Shown: positions 38,742-47,660 of the stretch, piece by piece
How the letters are laid out: every line of letters starts with the position of its first letter
How positions within the stretch are numbered: the first letter of the stretch is position 1
DNA from: Salinispira sp.
GTDB taxonomy: Bacteria; Spirochaetota; Spirochaetia; DSM-27196; Salinispiraceae
Assembly: GCA_965226555.1 (NCBI GenBank)
Contig: CBDDDG010000024.1
Span: 1-55,628 of the forward strand
Length of the DNA stretch: 55,628 bases
Direction of reading: 5' to 3'
Notes under the pieces: generated by a model
Database searches by the model: none
What the model was told of the DNA's origin: nothing
Seen by the model: the letters and a program-made list of their open reading frames with translations, nothing else
Made by a program: the position numbers and the translations under genes

Positions 38742-39446
38742 CTACCAATTATCCGGAAGATCATTCGGATTCACGGAGGACTGTGAAAACAGATCGGTCC
38801 ATGCTCTCAGATCATCAAAATAAACATAGTATGAACCAGTAGTTTCTAGGATATCGGGATCAATACTGAAACCGATGAACTGCAGTCCCTGTTTATTGCT
38901 GTAATGGCGGTTAATCTGTTCTACCGTGGAAGGAACGGAGACACTGAGCTGTCTCCATCCCGAGAAATTCAGCGTTCCCATGGGAAGGCTGAAGCGCTTT
39001 CCGGTAATTCCTTCAAGATGGGCATAGAGGGTATGATTATAATTTCTTCCGGCAACCCAGACCGAAATTGTTTTTGTTACCCCGGGTATCGGAAGAGGAT
39101 GAGTGGGAGATACCGTTATTGTTGTATTTCCCCGGCTGAAATAATCCACCCGAACGCCAAAGACACTTCCATCGGGTTCCTGGTCAATGCGCTGCTTTCC
39201 GTTAACTTCGGTCGGTCCGCCTTCAAAGAGTCGGCTCGTTGCCACGCCGTTATCAATGGAAATATGCGCAGTCCAGAGACCCGCATCCTCAAATTTATCG
39301 ACCGAGATCTCCCGCAACAATTGCTGCGCTGTCGCAACAGCAGTTGTTGTCGCAGCAGCGCCTGGATCAGCCGCTTGCTGGGCGAAGGCTGAACCGAGGG
39401 TAATGAATAATAATATACAAACTATGAATATGGTTTTTGCTTTCAT
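38742..39446 (-). CDS. flaA: Flagellar filament outer layer (sheath) protein FlaA
   Basis: Signal peptide, SVDKFEDAG.W, IPGVTKTISVWVAGRNY.H.L, MGTLNFSGW, YVYFDDLRA.TD. TGATG coupling to the upstream gene. Confidence 0.9.
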   Translation of the reverse strand: MKAKTIFIVCILLFITLGSAFAQQAADPGAAATTTAVATAQQLLREISVDKFEDAGLWTAHISIDNGVATSRLFEGGPTEVNGKQRIDQEPDGSVFGVRVDYFSRGNTTITVSPTHPLPIPGVTKTISVWVAGRNYNHTLYAHLEGITGKRFSLPMGTLNFSGWRQLSVSVPSTVEQINRHYSNKQGLQFIGFSIDPDILETTGSYYVYFDDLRAWTDLFSQSSVNPNDLPDNW

Positions 39447-40228
39447 CAATTGGCCTCCTGTGCTTTCCACAATGCTTCAATTGTATTCGGATTATCGGGA
39501 TCAGCGAGACTGTCGCCATCATAGGGAGCCGAAAATACATTGGTGAATACCTTCACTTCATCAAGATAAACGGAAAAACCGTCCACTTTTTCGTTGGGGG
39601 TTGTCCACAAAACAATTTTTGTGAGTTCCAGAACCTTTCCAAGCGAATTATGAAAATCTGCCTGAGGAATAATGTTCGGAACATATCCACTGACATTTCT
39701 CCAGCCATTGAAATAAAGGCTGCCGAGGTTTATTACATGTTCGACTCCCCGATAATCCCGAAGATGCACTTCCATGTAATAATTGTGGTTCGATCCCCAG
39801 ACCCAGAGGTCAAGCTGTGTTGCTATTCCGGGAATAGGAATTCCCTTATTGGGGTTATCAGCGTAAACAGGGATAAATTCAAGATAGTTATATCCCTGCC
39901 GCAGGAACGATGCCCGTATTCCCAAAGCTTGCGGATTTTCGGGTGGGGGGTTATTCCGATTATAGAGTGCCCTAGGATATGTCTGAAACCGAGCAGAAAT
40001 CGGTTCAGGATCCCGCAGTTCTTCTCCTTCTTCTGATCGCACTATTACATTTCCGCCGTTTGCCCGTACAATCCAACTGAAGGAATTCCCGAGGAAATCT
40101 CCTTCTAGTTGATCATCAAAACTCGCAAGAATACGGTGTTGAAGATACTGTACGTCGGTTTGGGCGAACATGATAGCGCTGGAAAGAAATATTAGAACAA
40201 TAAGGCATATCATACTGTTTTTTCTCAT
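39446..40228 (-). CDS. flaA: Flagellar filament outer layer (sheath) protein FlaA
   Basis: Signal peptide, LGIRASF.RQGYNY, IPIPG....LDLWVWGSN.NY, G.L.FNGWRN, YLDEVKV....YDGD.LAD. Confidence 0.9.
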   Translation of the reverse strand: MRKNSMICLIVLIFLSSAIMFAQTDVQYLQHRILASFDDQLEGDFLGNSFSWIVRANGGNVIVRSEEGEELRDPEPISARFQTYPRALYNRNNPPPENPQALGIRASFLRQGYNYLEFIPVYADNPNKGIPIPGIATQLDLWVWGSNHNYYMEVHLRDYRGVEHVINLGSLYFNGWRNVSGYVPNIIPQADFHNSLGKVLELTKIVLWTTPNEKVDGFSVYLDEVKVFTNVFSAPYDGDSLADPDNPNTIEALWKAQEAN

Positions 40229-40260
40229 TCTTCACTCCTTACAGCAAATACATTTATGAC

Positions 40261-40289
40261 ATAGTATCTATTATATAATAGTATGTCAA
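40261..40289 (-). promoter_or_regulatory. Putative sigma70 promoter of flaA operon
   Basis: Minus strand TTGACA-17 bp-TACTAT. AAGGAG SD before ATG 40228. Confidence 0.6.
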
Positions 40290-40432
40290 CAATATTGAAG
40301 CTACAATATTCTGTGAGATTGTGCAAGTATAATGTGACAAAGTTTTGCATTTTGCAAAAGTTTCTGTGAGATTATTGCACGTATAAGTGGATACATACCA
40401 TGTTTCTGCATCAATTCGCTTCCGTCTGTCCC

Positions 40433-41326
40433 TCAATTCGGTTCAATGAAGGGAAAATGTATGCGTATTTTTCCGTTTCCGCCAGAGCTATTGCCCCCTC
40501 TATTGTGCAGTTTCTCTACTGCCGCGGGGATTATGTAATTATACTGAAAGGGAAAACCGCCGATTACGGGGCCGAAAACGGGGAGAATAGTGCTTATGAG
40601 ATCGGGAGACTCCTCTGATAAGAGAATTCCCGATTCTGATAGAAACCTGTTAAGTTCATTGGCCCGCAGAATCAATATGAGGTGATCGGCGCTGCTTTCC
40701 TGCAGGTAATTCCATGTTTGGAGTATGCTCTCATCCGATTCGAATGTTTCCATGGAAAAGAGAAGATTATCCGCGACCGCCTCTGACAGCGCAATTAACG
40801 TCTCGCTGAATTCAATGAAGTACCCCGGGTCGTAAATGGCAGCTTTGCGGGAATCATCGTTTGTGAGATAGGCGAGAAATAAGGCATCGGCCAGGTCAGG
40901 CACGAGATCAATTCCCCAGACCCTGTTGCTATACTCATTGTCAGGCGGAGCCTGTCCGAGGGAGAGAATGATACTTTCTTCCTTACTCATTTCCAGTAGA
41001 TCATCTATATAATTTTCAAGGAGTGGTGAGATAATGATGATGTCTGCCAGTTTCAGGCTATTACCCAATGAAGTGAGCATGTCTGTCGGCGGTGAATCAT
41101 CCGTCTGTGCATCGTCCGCAATATCTTCCAGAGAAACTGTTTCAATTTTCAGAGAATAACCAATGCGGGCAAGCTGCCTTTGCAATGCTGGTTTTTTCAG
41201 ATTCTGGATGTGGAATATTTCTTCCAGAGGAACGTCCTGGAGGAGAAGAACGGAGTTTTCAGGCGCACAGGCATTCAGCAGAAAACATGCGGAAATAAGG
41301 ATGAGCGATGATGATAAGGGGGTCAT
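40433..41326 (-). CDS. Hypothetical lipoprotein
   Basis: 297-aa ORF with hydrophobic N-terminus and LNAC lipobox. ATGA-coupled to the upstream gene. Confidence 0.65.
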   Translation of the reverse strand: MTPLSSSLILISACFLLNACAPENSVLLLQDVPLEEIFHIQNLKKPALQRQLARIGYSLKIETVSLEDIADDAQTDDSPPTDMLTSLGNSLKLADIIIISPLLENYIDDLLEMSKEESIILSLGQAPPDNEYSNRVWGIDLVPDLADALFLAYLTNDDSRKAAIYDPGYFIEFSETLIALSEAVADNLLFSMETFESDESILQTWNYLQESSADHLILILRANELNRFLSESGILLSEESPDLISTILPVFGPVIGGFPFQYNYIIPAAVEKLHNRGGNSSGGNGKIRIHFPFIEPN

Positions 41327-42024
41327 CGTTTTTGTATCCTGAATGTTCGGAATATGGAGCCGAGTTTCATTTCCAGATTCAGGCGGAACTGTATTCCCTG
41401 TTCCAGATAATTCAGAAATGCGCCGAGGAGCAGGAAGATTGACAGAATGCCGATGCCCGCGCCCCAGCTCAGAATCGGTCTGAGCATTTCATGAAGAACA
41501 TATATTACAGGAAGGGCGAAAAGTATCAGAAGAAAGAGAAAGATCGACAGTATGTTCCAGTGAAGCTCAAAGCGGCGCGCGCGCCAGAGCGCCTTCCCCA
41601 GTACAGGAATGGCAATAAGATAGATAGCGGGAAGCTGGAGCAGCAGGAATTGACTCGGTATACCGTAATGAATGAAGTATATGGCGATGTTGAAAGCGAT
41701 GAAAAATCCGGAGAGCTGAATGTTGAAGAGTACTGGTTCAATTGTTTTCCGGTGTTTTGAAGCGCGGCAGAGCGGAAGCAGGGGTGCCAGCGCGAATATG
41801 GCGGGAAAAAGGAAATAGAGTAACAAGCCCCGGGCATAAAGCGATGAGGGGGTTATGTGGACCCGCATTGAGATGTGGAGTGCAAACAGGAGAAACCCTG
41901 CGATCGCTCCCCACAACATACCGAAGAAAAAACATTTCCGATGTTCGACGAGTTTGGAAAAACGTTCTTCGCGGGTCAGATGAATGAGAAAAAGCGGAAT
42001 GGAAAACAGGAGAAAGAGGTACAC
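41323..42024 (-). CDS. Hypothetical integral membrane protein
   Basis: 233-aa ORF with about seven hydrophobic segments. Confidence 0.65.
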   Translation of the reverse strand: MYLFLLFSIPLFLIHLTREERFSKLVEHRKCFFFGMLWGAIAGFLLFALHISMRVHITPSSLYARGLLLYFLFPAIFALAPLLPLCRASKHRKTIEPVLFNIQLSGFFIAFNIAIYFIHYGIPSQFLLLQLPAIYLIAIPVLGKALWRARRFELHWNILSIFLFLLILFALPVIYVLHEMLRPILSWGAGIGILSIFLLLGAFLNYLEQGIQFRLNLEMKLGSIFRTFRIQKR

Positions 42025-42063
42025 ACGAAAAATGTATCATAAAGTTTTGCAAAATGCAAAATA

Positions 42064-42142
42064 TGATCGTGCTTCGAAAATTCGGACACTCCCTTACGCA
42101 GAAGAATGAAGACTCCGGCTACGCCTTCCGTTTCGCCCATGC
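42064..42142. mobile_element. IS3 right-end remnant (short version)
   Basis: TGATCGTGCTTCGAAAATTCGGACAC resembles the IS3 IR. Shares the tail GAAGAATGAAGACTCCG..ACGCCTTCCGTTTCGCCCATGC with 47259-47401. Confidence 0.75.
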
Positions 42143-42166
42143 GTCCGGGCTGAGGCAGATGCGCTG

Positions 42167-42487
42167 TTACTCTTTGCCGCTTTTCTGCCCGTTTTTTTGG
42201 CCGTTTTGCTGAAATGCTTGAATTTCATCCTCGCTCAGCCCGGTAACCTTCTGAACGTCATCTGCTGAAAGTCCTATGGAAAACATACCGCGGGCATTTT
42301 TTCTCCGCTCTTCCATATGCCCCTTCATTTCGCCTTCTTGACGACCTTCCTGAAGTCCTTCCTGCAGTCCTTCCTGCAGTTTCTGCCTGATCTCGGCTTG
42401 TACCTCAGCGTGGACTTTGGCTTGAAGATCATTGTACACGTCCAATTGCCATGGGTGTACTATTTCTATCCCTTCTTTTGTAATCAT
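42167..42487 (-). CDS. Putative internally initiated small Rpn C-terminal protein (RpnS-type antitoxin, 106 aa)
   Basis: In-frame ATG 42487 preceded at 7 nt by GGAGGAGGT (42495-42503), just before the QEG-repeat C-terminal domain. Confidence 0.6.
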   Translation of the reverse strand: MITKEGIEIVHPWQLDVYNDLQAKVHAEVQAEIRQKLQEGLQEGLQEGRQEGEMKGHMEERRKNARGMFSIGLSADDVQKVTGLSEDEIQAFQQNGQKNGQKSGKE

Positions 42488-43255
42488 ATTAACTACCTCC
42501 TCCATAGTATGATTGTTAACATTGACTTTTGATACATGAGTATTATAAAGTAGATCGCTCATAATGAGCAAGGACTCCTTCGCCTTATTCCCCGCGTCAT
42601 GCTGGAGAATGTTCAAAAGATGTTTCTTGAACTCAGCGCGATTATCATCATTCAAATTTTTTCCGTAGCGCGAAAGATAAAAATAGGCAGCGACGCGACC
42701 GCTGGAATTGAGTATTTTATCCTCCTCAAGCGCTCTCACATCGATAACAGGATATTCGAAAATTTGGCGATATATACTCGGGATATTCTCATCTTCGGTA
42801 GTTATTTCCGGCCATTTATCCGATCCTGTGTACAGAACAATGGGATATACCCAATGATGTCGGCGCATTTTCGAATTTCGAATATGTCGCTTGAGCATAT
42901 TAGTATATTCGAATAGGCGATCACTCATGGCATAGTCCACAGATGACTGATGCTCCAGAATAATATACACCATTTTCTCTTCCTTCTCTTTCCCGCAGCA
43001 GAAGGAAACTTTCGCAACAATGTCCGATATTTTACGCCTGAAATTCTTCGACTGCTCTCTGCCGAGCACTCTCTCGATGAACTCGTTGCTCATAAGGGTA
43101 ATGTTCTCAGGGCGAACATACCGTATCCAGTCATCATTAATAAATTGCAGCAGTTGATATATGGACTCCGCATCGGCAAACAAGAATTTGTGAGCTTCGT
43201 CCCATTGTTTTCGCGGCTTTTGATGAGCCGCCTGATTCAGTTTCTTTTTCTTCAT
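42167..43255 (-). CDS. Rpn/YhgA-like recombination-promoting nuclease (Transposase_31/PD-(D/E)XK)
   Basis: D..HK.LF, SDIV, ILEHQSSVD..M..RLFEY, YPIVLYTG..KW, C-terminal (QEG)n and GLS.D.V.K.TGLSEDEI. Start chosen at ATG 43255. Confidence 0.85.
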   Translation of the reverse strand: MKKKKLNQAAHQKPRKQWDEAHKFLFADAESIYQLLQFINDDWIRYVRPENITLMSNEFIERVLGREQSKNFRRKISDIVAKVSFCCGKEKEEKMVYIILEHQSSVDYAMSDRLFEYTNMLKRHIRNSKMRRHHWVYPIVLYTGSDKWPEITTEDENIPSIYRQIFEYPVIDVRALEEDKILNSSGRVAAYFYLSRYGKNLNDDNRAEFKKHLLNILQHDAGNKAKESLLIMSDLLYNTHVSKVNVNNHTMEEVVNMITKEGIEIVHPWQLDVYNDLQAKVHAEVQAEIRQKLQEGLQEGLQEGRQEGEMKGHMEERRKNARGMFSIGLSADDVQKVTGLSEDEIQAFQQNGQKNGQKSGKE

Positions 43256-43329
43256 ATCAGAAAATTGTGCTCCGCACAATTTTTCAATAAGGGTTCTCTC
43301 ATCTATATTCGTGATTCTCTCAAGGTGTG

Positions 43330-43356
43330 GAAAGTTTTGCCGGAGGCAAAACTTTC
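43330..43356. repeat. AT-rich palindrome (perfect 12-bp stem, 3-nt loop)
   Basis: GAAAGTTTTGCC-GGA-GGCAAAACTTTC. A second perfect 10-bp stem lies at 43261-43283. Confidence 0.75.
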
Positions 43357-43637
43357 TATAAGGATAACGGGTGAAATGTTCGTGAGGATTGAGTTTTTGC
43401 AAAAAAAGTTTGAAAAATGTAAAAATTTCTGTGGTTAATGTATGCGGATAAAGATATGCGGCTCGCTCAGAAGTGCTTGGGAGCCTCCAAATATCAGATA
43501 ACCGCCCGGGCAGTGCACATAGAACAGTTCTGTCGAGTCCTCGCACCGGCTCACACGACCGACGCTTGATCGATGGAGGGACTCGGAAGAAATGATCGCA
43601 TAAATAGGTCAAAATGGGGTCGGATCAAACCTTAATA

Positions 43638-44747
43638 GCTGGATTCAACATTTGAAGTGCACCACTTCGGGCCCACTGTGAGATAGTTTAAGCATTCTAT
43701 CAAAAGCTTCCTGCGGTGTCAAATAGTTCAGAATTTTTCGCGGTCGATTGTTGAGCGACCGCTGAAACTCCAGTATTTTCCCTGCGTCAATCATATTGAA
43801 ATCGCAGGACTTGGGAAATTGTCGGCGTATGAGACCGTTGGTGTTCTCTACCGTTCCCTTTTCCCAACTGTGATACGGCTGGCAAAAATATACCTGCATA
43901 CCAGTCAGCCGCTCAATGTTCTTATGACGAGCGTTCTCGCTTCCGTTGTCGAGAGTGAGTGTCCTCCGCAGGTCGGGGGGCAATGACCCGAGCAGCGAAA
44001 TGGCATGATGAGCAAAGGTAAATGATGTTCTATCCGCAAGCGGAGCAATGAAGGTCATCCGGGTTGCCCGTTCAACAAATACCGCCACAGCGCTGCGCTG
44101 ACCCTTTCCAATTATACAATCGCCTTCCCAATGTCCTTCCTCGACACGGGCGTCAACCTCTTTTGGGCGCTCGCTAATTCCTTTCTTGCCAACGACATCG
44201 GGGTTCTTCTTACAATAAGCTCTCCGGTCGCAGCGTCTCTTCCGTTTCTTTCTCCGGGTCGGCAGCAGAACGCACCACTGACGATTTTTCGGTCGGTAAC
44301 AATACTGGTAAATGGCTTCATGGCTTATCGATTGACCGGTAATATCAATACCAATGCGCCCTGAGATTTGCTCGGGAGACCAGCTGCATTCCAGCTTTTC
44401 ATGAACATAGTTCAGGACAATATCATTTTTCAGATGCGTATACTGACCTTTGTTTTTCCGACGCTCCCGCGCCTTCCGCTGAGCCTGAATCGCCACATAC
44501 CGCCCGTGATCATTCCGGTTACGGTTCAATTCGCGGTAAATGGTCGTATGGCAACACCCAATGGCCCGGGCTATCTCCCTGACGGGATATCCTTTTCGCA
44601 GATAATAGGCAATATCCTCTCGATTATCCGTATCCAACTGATTATACTGTCTGTGCACCACCTTTTTGTCCTCCTCGTAGTGGTTTTTTCTTATACTCAC
44701 TATATCTCAGAGGGCGGGGAGGTGGTGCACTTATGGTTGAATTCGCC
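43638..44747 (-). mobile_element. IS30-family insertion sequence (about 1110 bp)
   Basis: Imperfect IRs GCTGGATTCAACATTTGAAGTGCACCAC and (reverse complement) GGCGAATTCAACCATAAGTGCACCAC. Possible ATA target duplication. Confidence 0.88.
43645..44700 (-). CDS. IS30 transposase
   Basis: HTH (REIARAIG..HTTIYREL.RN), WSPEQIS, GHWEGD, TLDNG.E, PYHSWEKGTVENTNGLIR, LNNRPRK.L. Exact start uncertain. Confidence 0.93.
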   Translation of the reverse strand: MSIRKNHYEEDKKVVHRQYNQLDTDNREDIAYYLRKGYPVREIARAIGCCHTTIYRELNRNRNDHGRYVAIQAQRKARERRKNKGQYTHLKNDIVLNYVHEKLECSWSPEQISGRIGIDITGQSISHEAIYQYCYRPKNRQWCVLLPTRRKKRKRRCDRRAYCKKNPDVVGKKGISERPKEVDARVEEGHWEGDCIIGKGQRSAVAVFVERATRMTFIAPLADRTSFTFAHHAISLLGSLPPDLRRTLTLDNGSENARHKNIERLTGMQVYFCQPYHSWEKGTVENTNGLIRRQFPKSCDFNMIDAGKILEFQRSLNNRPRKILNYLTPQEAFDRMLKLSHSGPEVVHFKC

Positions 44748-44756
44748 ATATCCCAT

Positions 44757-44802
44757 TGGCATCAATTGACAACTGATAATAAAAATGATATCAGTGCTAT
44801 TG
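44757..44802 (+). promoter_or_regulatory. Toxin-antitoxin promoter with putative operator octamers
   Basis: TTGACA(44766)-17 bp-TATCAG, overlapped by the TGATATCA palindrome (44786-44793). Related TGGCATCA and TGCTATTG resemble the FitA site TGCTATCA. Confidence 0.5.
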
Positions 44803-44813
44803 TGGGGGGAATT

Positions 44814-45053
44814 ATGGCAGCTATTACTATTCGTAATTTCGATGATTTTCTGAAAAACCGTCTTCGTATGCGGGCAATCTCCCGTAACCGCTCAATGGAG
44901 GCGGAAGCGCGAGCAATTCTTCGAGAAGCTCTTCAAGAAGACGAACATGGTCTCGGTTCGCTTATTCATCGGCGATTTCTTGAGGCAGGCGGCATCGAAT
45001 TACCGCCGCCTGACCGCAGCCAACCCAATCGAAAACCGAGTATTTCCACGTGA
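44814..45053 (+). CDS. FitA-like ribbon-helix-helix antitoxin
   Basis: MAAITIRN.DD..K.RLR.RA....RSMEAEAR.ILR.AL. GTGA overlap with the PIN gene. Confidence 0.9.
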   Translation: MAAITIRNFDDFLKNRLRMRAISRNRSMEAEARAILREALQEDEHGLGSLIHRRFLEAGGIELPPPDRSQPNRKPSIST

Positions 45054-45472
45054 TTCTCCTGGATACAAACATCATATCCGAGCTCATGCGCCCTGAACCC
45101 GAAGCACGAGTTGTAAGATGGGTTGATAGTCTTGATCGAAGCAACATCGGTATTACCGCAATCACCATAGCCGAGATCCTATACGGAGTTGGTGCATTAC
45201 CAGATGGAGCGCTGAAGAAGCACCTCTTTGAAGCAGCCTCCGCAATGTTCGATGATTACCTTTTCGGCCATGTTTTTGCTTTCGACCATCGAGCGGCGAT
45301 TGAATACGCACACATCGTTGTAAAGCGGGAGCAGACAGGGCATCCCATCTCGATGCCTGATGCCCAAATCGCCGCAATCTGCCTGATCAACGATGCCAAA
45401 CTCATAACACGCAACACAAAAGACTTCGTGAACATAGATATCACACTTTACAATCCATGGATTGATGAATAG
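45050..45472 (+). CDS. vapC: VapC/FitB PIN-domain toxin
   Basis: MILLDTNIISE, AEILYG, DAQIAAI, TRNTKDF, NPW. Confidence 0.93.
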   Translation: MILLDTNIISELMRPEPEARVVRWVDSLDRSNIGITAITIAEILYGVGALPDGALKKHLFEAASAMFDDYLFGHVFAFDHRAAIEYAHIVVKREQTGHPISMPDAQIAAICLINDAKLITRNTKDFVNIDITLYNPWIDE

Positions 45473-45704
45473 ATAGGATTTTTTCGGGATTTTATTTTTG
45501 ACCAGCGGCGGATGCTTGGGCGAGCAGCGTACAACACCAACTTGCCCTCCGCATTAACAAGCCAAGCGGACTTCTGATCAGAGCAAAGTAGGCACGAAAG
45601 ATGAGCGCATATCCATCAATAAGATAAAGCGGATGTTTCACAGCAATGAGTATGAACAAGCACGGGAATTAATTCAATACACAGGTTTTTATTAATCATA
45701 CGAG

Positions 45705-47189
45705 CTATGGAACCTCCCAATACCATGATGGATAATGCGGTTGGGTCACAGCAGTCTCCGGATCCGTTGGATTACCCGTATCCAAGCCGGACTTCAAAAA
45801 CATATTGCTTTTGGGTCCGTTATATGTGCCATTAGTCCAGTTATCATTGTTCCAGTAAACCGGCGGGTCCATCGAGTTATCCCAAGCCCAGTCGGTAAGA
45901 TCCTGATTGAATGCGCTTGCATCAGCAAACATAATTGTCATATTCATTACCGAGCTGACATCCCAGCCGGAAATATCGCTATTGAATGCTGTTGCCTCAA
46001 GGAACATATATGACAGATCCGTTACCCTGCCAGTATCCCAGCGTGAGATGTCGCTATTGAATACGGTTGCGGACTTGAACATATATGACATATTCCTTAC
46101 CGAGCTGACATCCCAGCCGGAAATATCGCTATTGAATACGGTTGCGTTACGGAATAAATCGCTCATATTCGTTACCGCTGTAGTATTCCAGAGTGAGATA
46201 TCGCCATTGAATTCTGATGCATTCCAGAACATTTTTTTTATATTCGTTACCCTGCCAGTATCCCAGCGTGAAACATCGCCATTGAATGTGGATTTATCCT
46301 TGAACATTAAGGACATATCTGTTACTGCCGTGGTAATAATGTAGTTGAGGTCGGCAGTATCGCCCCAGGTTGATATTCCTGCGGTTACCGCTGCTTCCAG
46401 TTCAGTTTTATTTTGAGGGCTCACGGTAACGTAGAAATACTCGGCAAACAGAACATTGCCTCCGTTTTCACCATATACCAGATAGGTTCCGGCCGTTGTA
46501 TTCGCAGTAACCGTAATAACTCCGGTACTTGCATTAACTGCCGGCGGGGTGCGGGTGTCTCCATCGGGCAGAGTTACGGGGGTGACCGTAATGGCTCCCG
46601 ACATTTCATTGACCACAAGAGTGCCCGGTTCCACCGTGGTCACAGAAACGGTTGGATTCTCACGGGCAATTATGGCAGTATTGGCAGCCGAAAGGCTTAT
46701 TGATGCTGCCGTACCCTCGGGAATCTGGTGTGCCTTAACAACTAACGGCGTTTCCGTTGCGATTTCCGACCAGTTGCCCGCTCCCGTGTTGTTCACAGCG
46801 CGCGCCTGTACTTCGTAGGAAGTGCTATTTCTCAGGCCCCTAATGGGGTAGCTTGCGGCTGGCGCGGCAAGTGTAATAATTTCCGACCAGTTGGTACCGC
46901 CGTCTGTGCTATGGCGAAGGTGATACGCGGTAATGGCGCTGCCGCCGTTGTCGGCAGGCGCGCTCCATGTAACCAGTAAATGCCTGTTCCCCGGTTCGAG
47001 GGTTGGAGCAGCCATGGTACCCGGCGCAGTTGGTTCTGCCACCGGTTCGGGTTCCGGGGTTGGTTCCGGCATTGGACATGCAGCAATCAATGCAATAAAA
47101 AGCATTATGAAAAGCGCATAGAATCCGAAACGTTTCTGTGTGGAATGCTTCCGGCTTTTTTCTTTTCGTTCAATGTTCAAATTCTTCAT
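45705..47189 (-). CDS. FN3 + DUF285/BspA-like repeat surface lipoprotein
   Basis: Lipobox IAAC, PEP linker, one FN3, spacer domain, five DUF285 repeats plus a divergent cap. Confidence 0.88.
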   Translation of the reverse strand: MKNLNIERKEKSRKHSTQKRFGFYALFIMLFIALIAACPMPEPTPEPEPVAEPTAPGTMAAPTLEPGNRHLLVTWSAPADNGGSAITAYHLRHSTDGGTNWSEIITLAAPAASYPIRGLRNSTSYEVQARAVNNTGAGNWSEIATETPLVVKAHQIPEGTAASISLSAANTAIIARENPTVSVTTVEPGTLVVNEMSGAITVTPVTLPDGDTRTPPAVNASTGVITVTANTTAGTYLVYGENGGNVLFAEYFYVTVSPQNKTELEAAVTAGISTWGDTADLNYIITTAVTDMSLMFKDKSTFNGDVSRWDTGRVTNIKKMFWNASEFNGDISLWNTTAVTNMSDLFRNATVFNSDISGWDVSSVRNMSYMFKSATVFNSDISRWDTGRVTDLSYMFLEATAFNSDISGWDVSSVMNMTIMFADASAFNQDLTDWAWDNSMDPPVYWNNDNWTNGTYNGPKSNMFLKSGLDTGNPTDPETAVTQPHYPSWYWEVP

Positions 47190-47258
47190 GAATTTTCTCC
47201 GTAAAATTTTGTACCGTTAATATAACATGAAAGTTTTGCTTTGGTCAAGTTTTTTCTG

Positions 47259-47401
47259 TGATCGTGGGTGCTTCGAAAATTCGGACACTCCCTTACGCAA
47301 CACAACAGGATTCTCCTGCTACTTTCAAAGCATAATTCATCGGACTCACATAATCAAGAGAAGAATGAAGACTCCGACCACGCCTTCCGTTTCGCCCATG
47401 C
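47259..47401. mobile_element. IS3 right-end remnant (long version) of a related isoform
   Basis: About 110 bp aligns by eye with 12909-13020 (GCAACACAACAGGATTCTCCTGCT...AAAGCATAATTCATCGGACTCA), then the tail shared with 42064. Confidence 0.8.
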
Positions 47402-47660
47402 CGCCCACAGGCACGCGTTGACAGAAAGCGCTTCGGGCAATATCATGCAAAAGTTTCTAGTGAGGGGAATATCAATATCAACAGAGAATACGTTGTGCCG
47501 CAGAATTGTTTTATCAATTCTCCCGATGCCATTCTGCTCACGCATGCTTTCTCCGGCGATGCCCACGCGGCGGGGTACCACGCGGTCGATGATCGGAAGC
47601 CCGGCTGGTGGGATCGCATGATCGGCTGGAGTGGAGCATTGCCTGGCCGGAGCGCCTGCG

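Noticed and set aside
43256..43612. 119-aa N-terminal extension of Rpn in the ORF track
   Set aside because: The region holds palindromes and AT-rich regulatory-like sequence. Rpn-like sequence begins only after ATG 43255.
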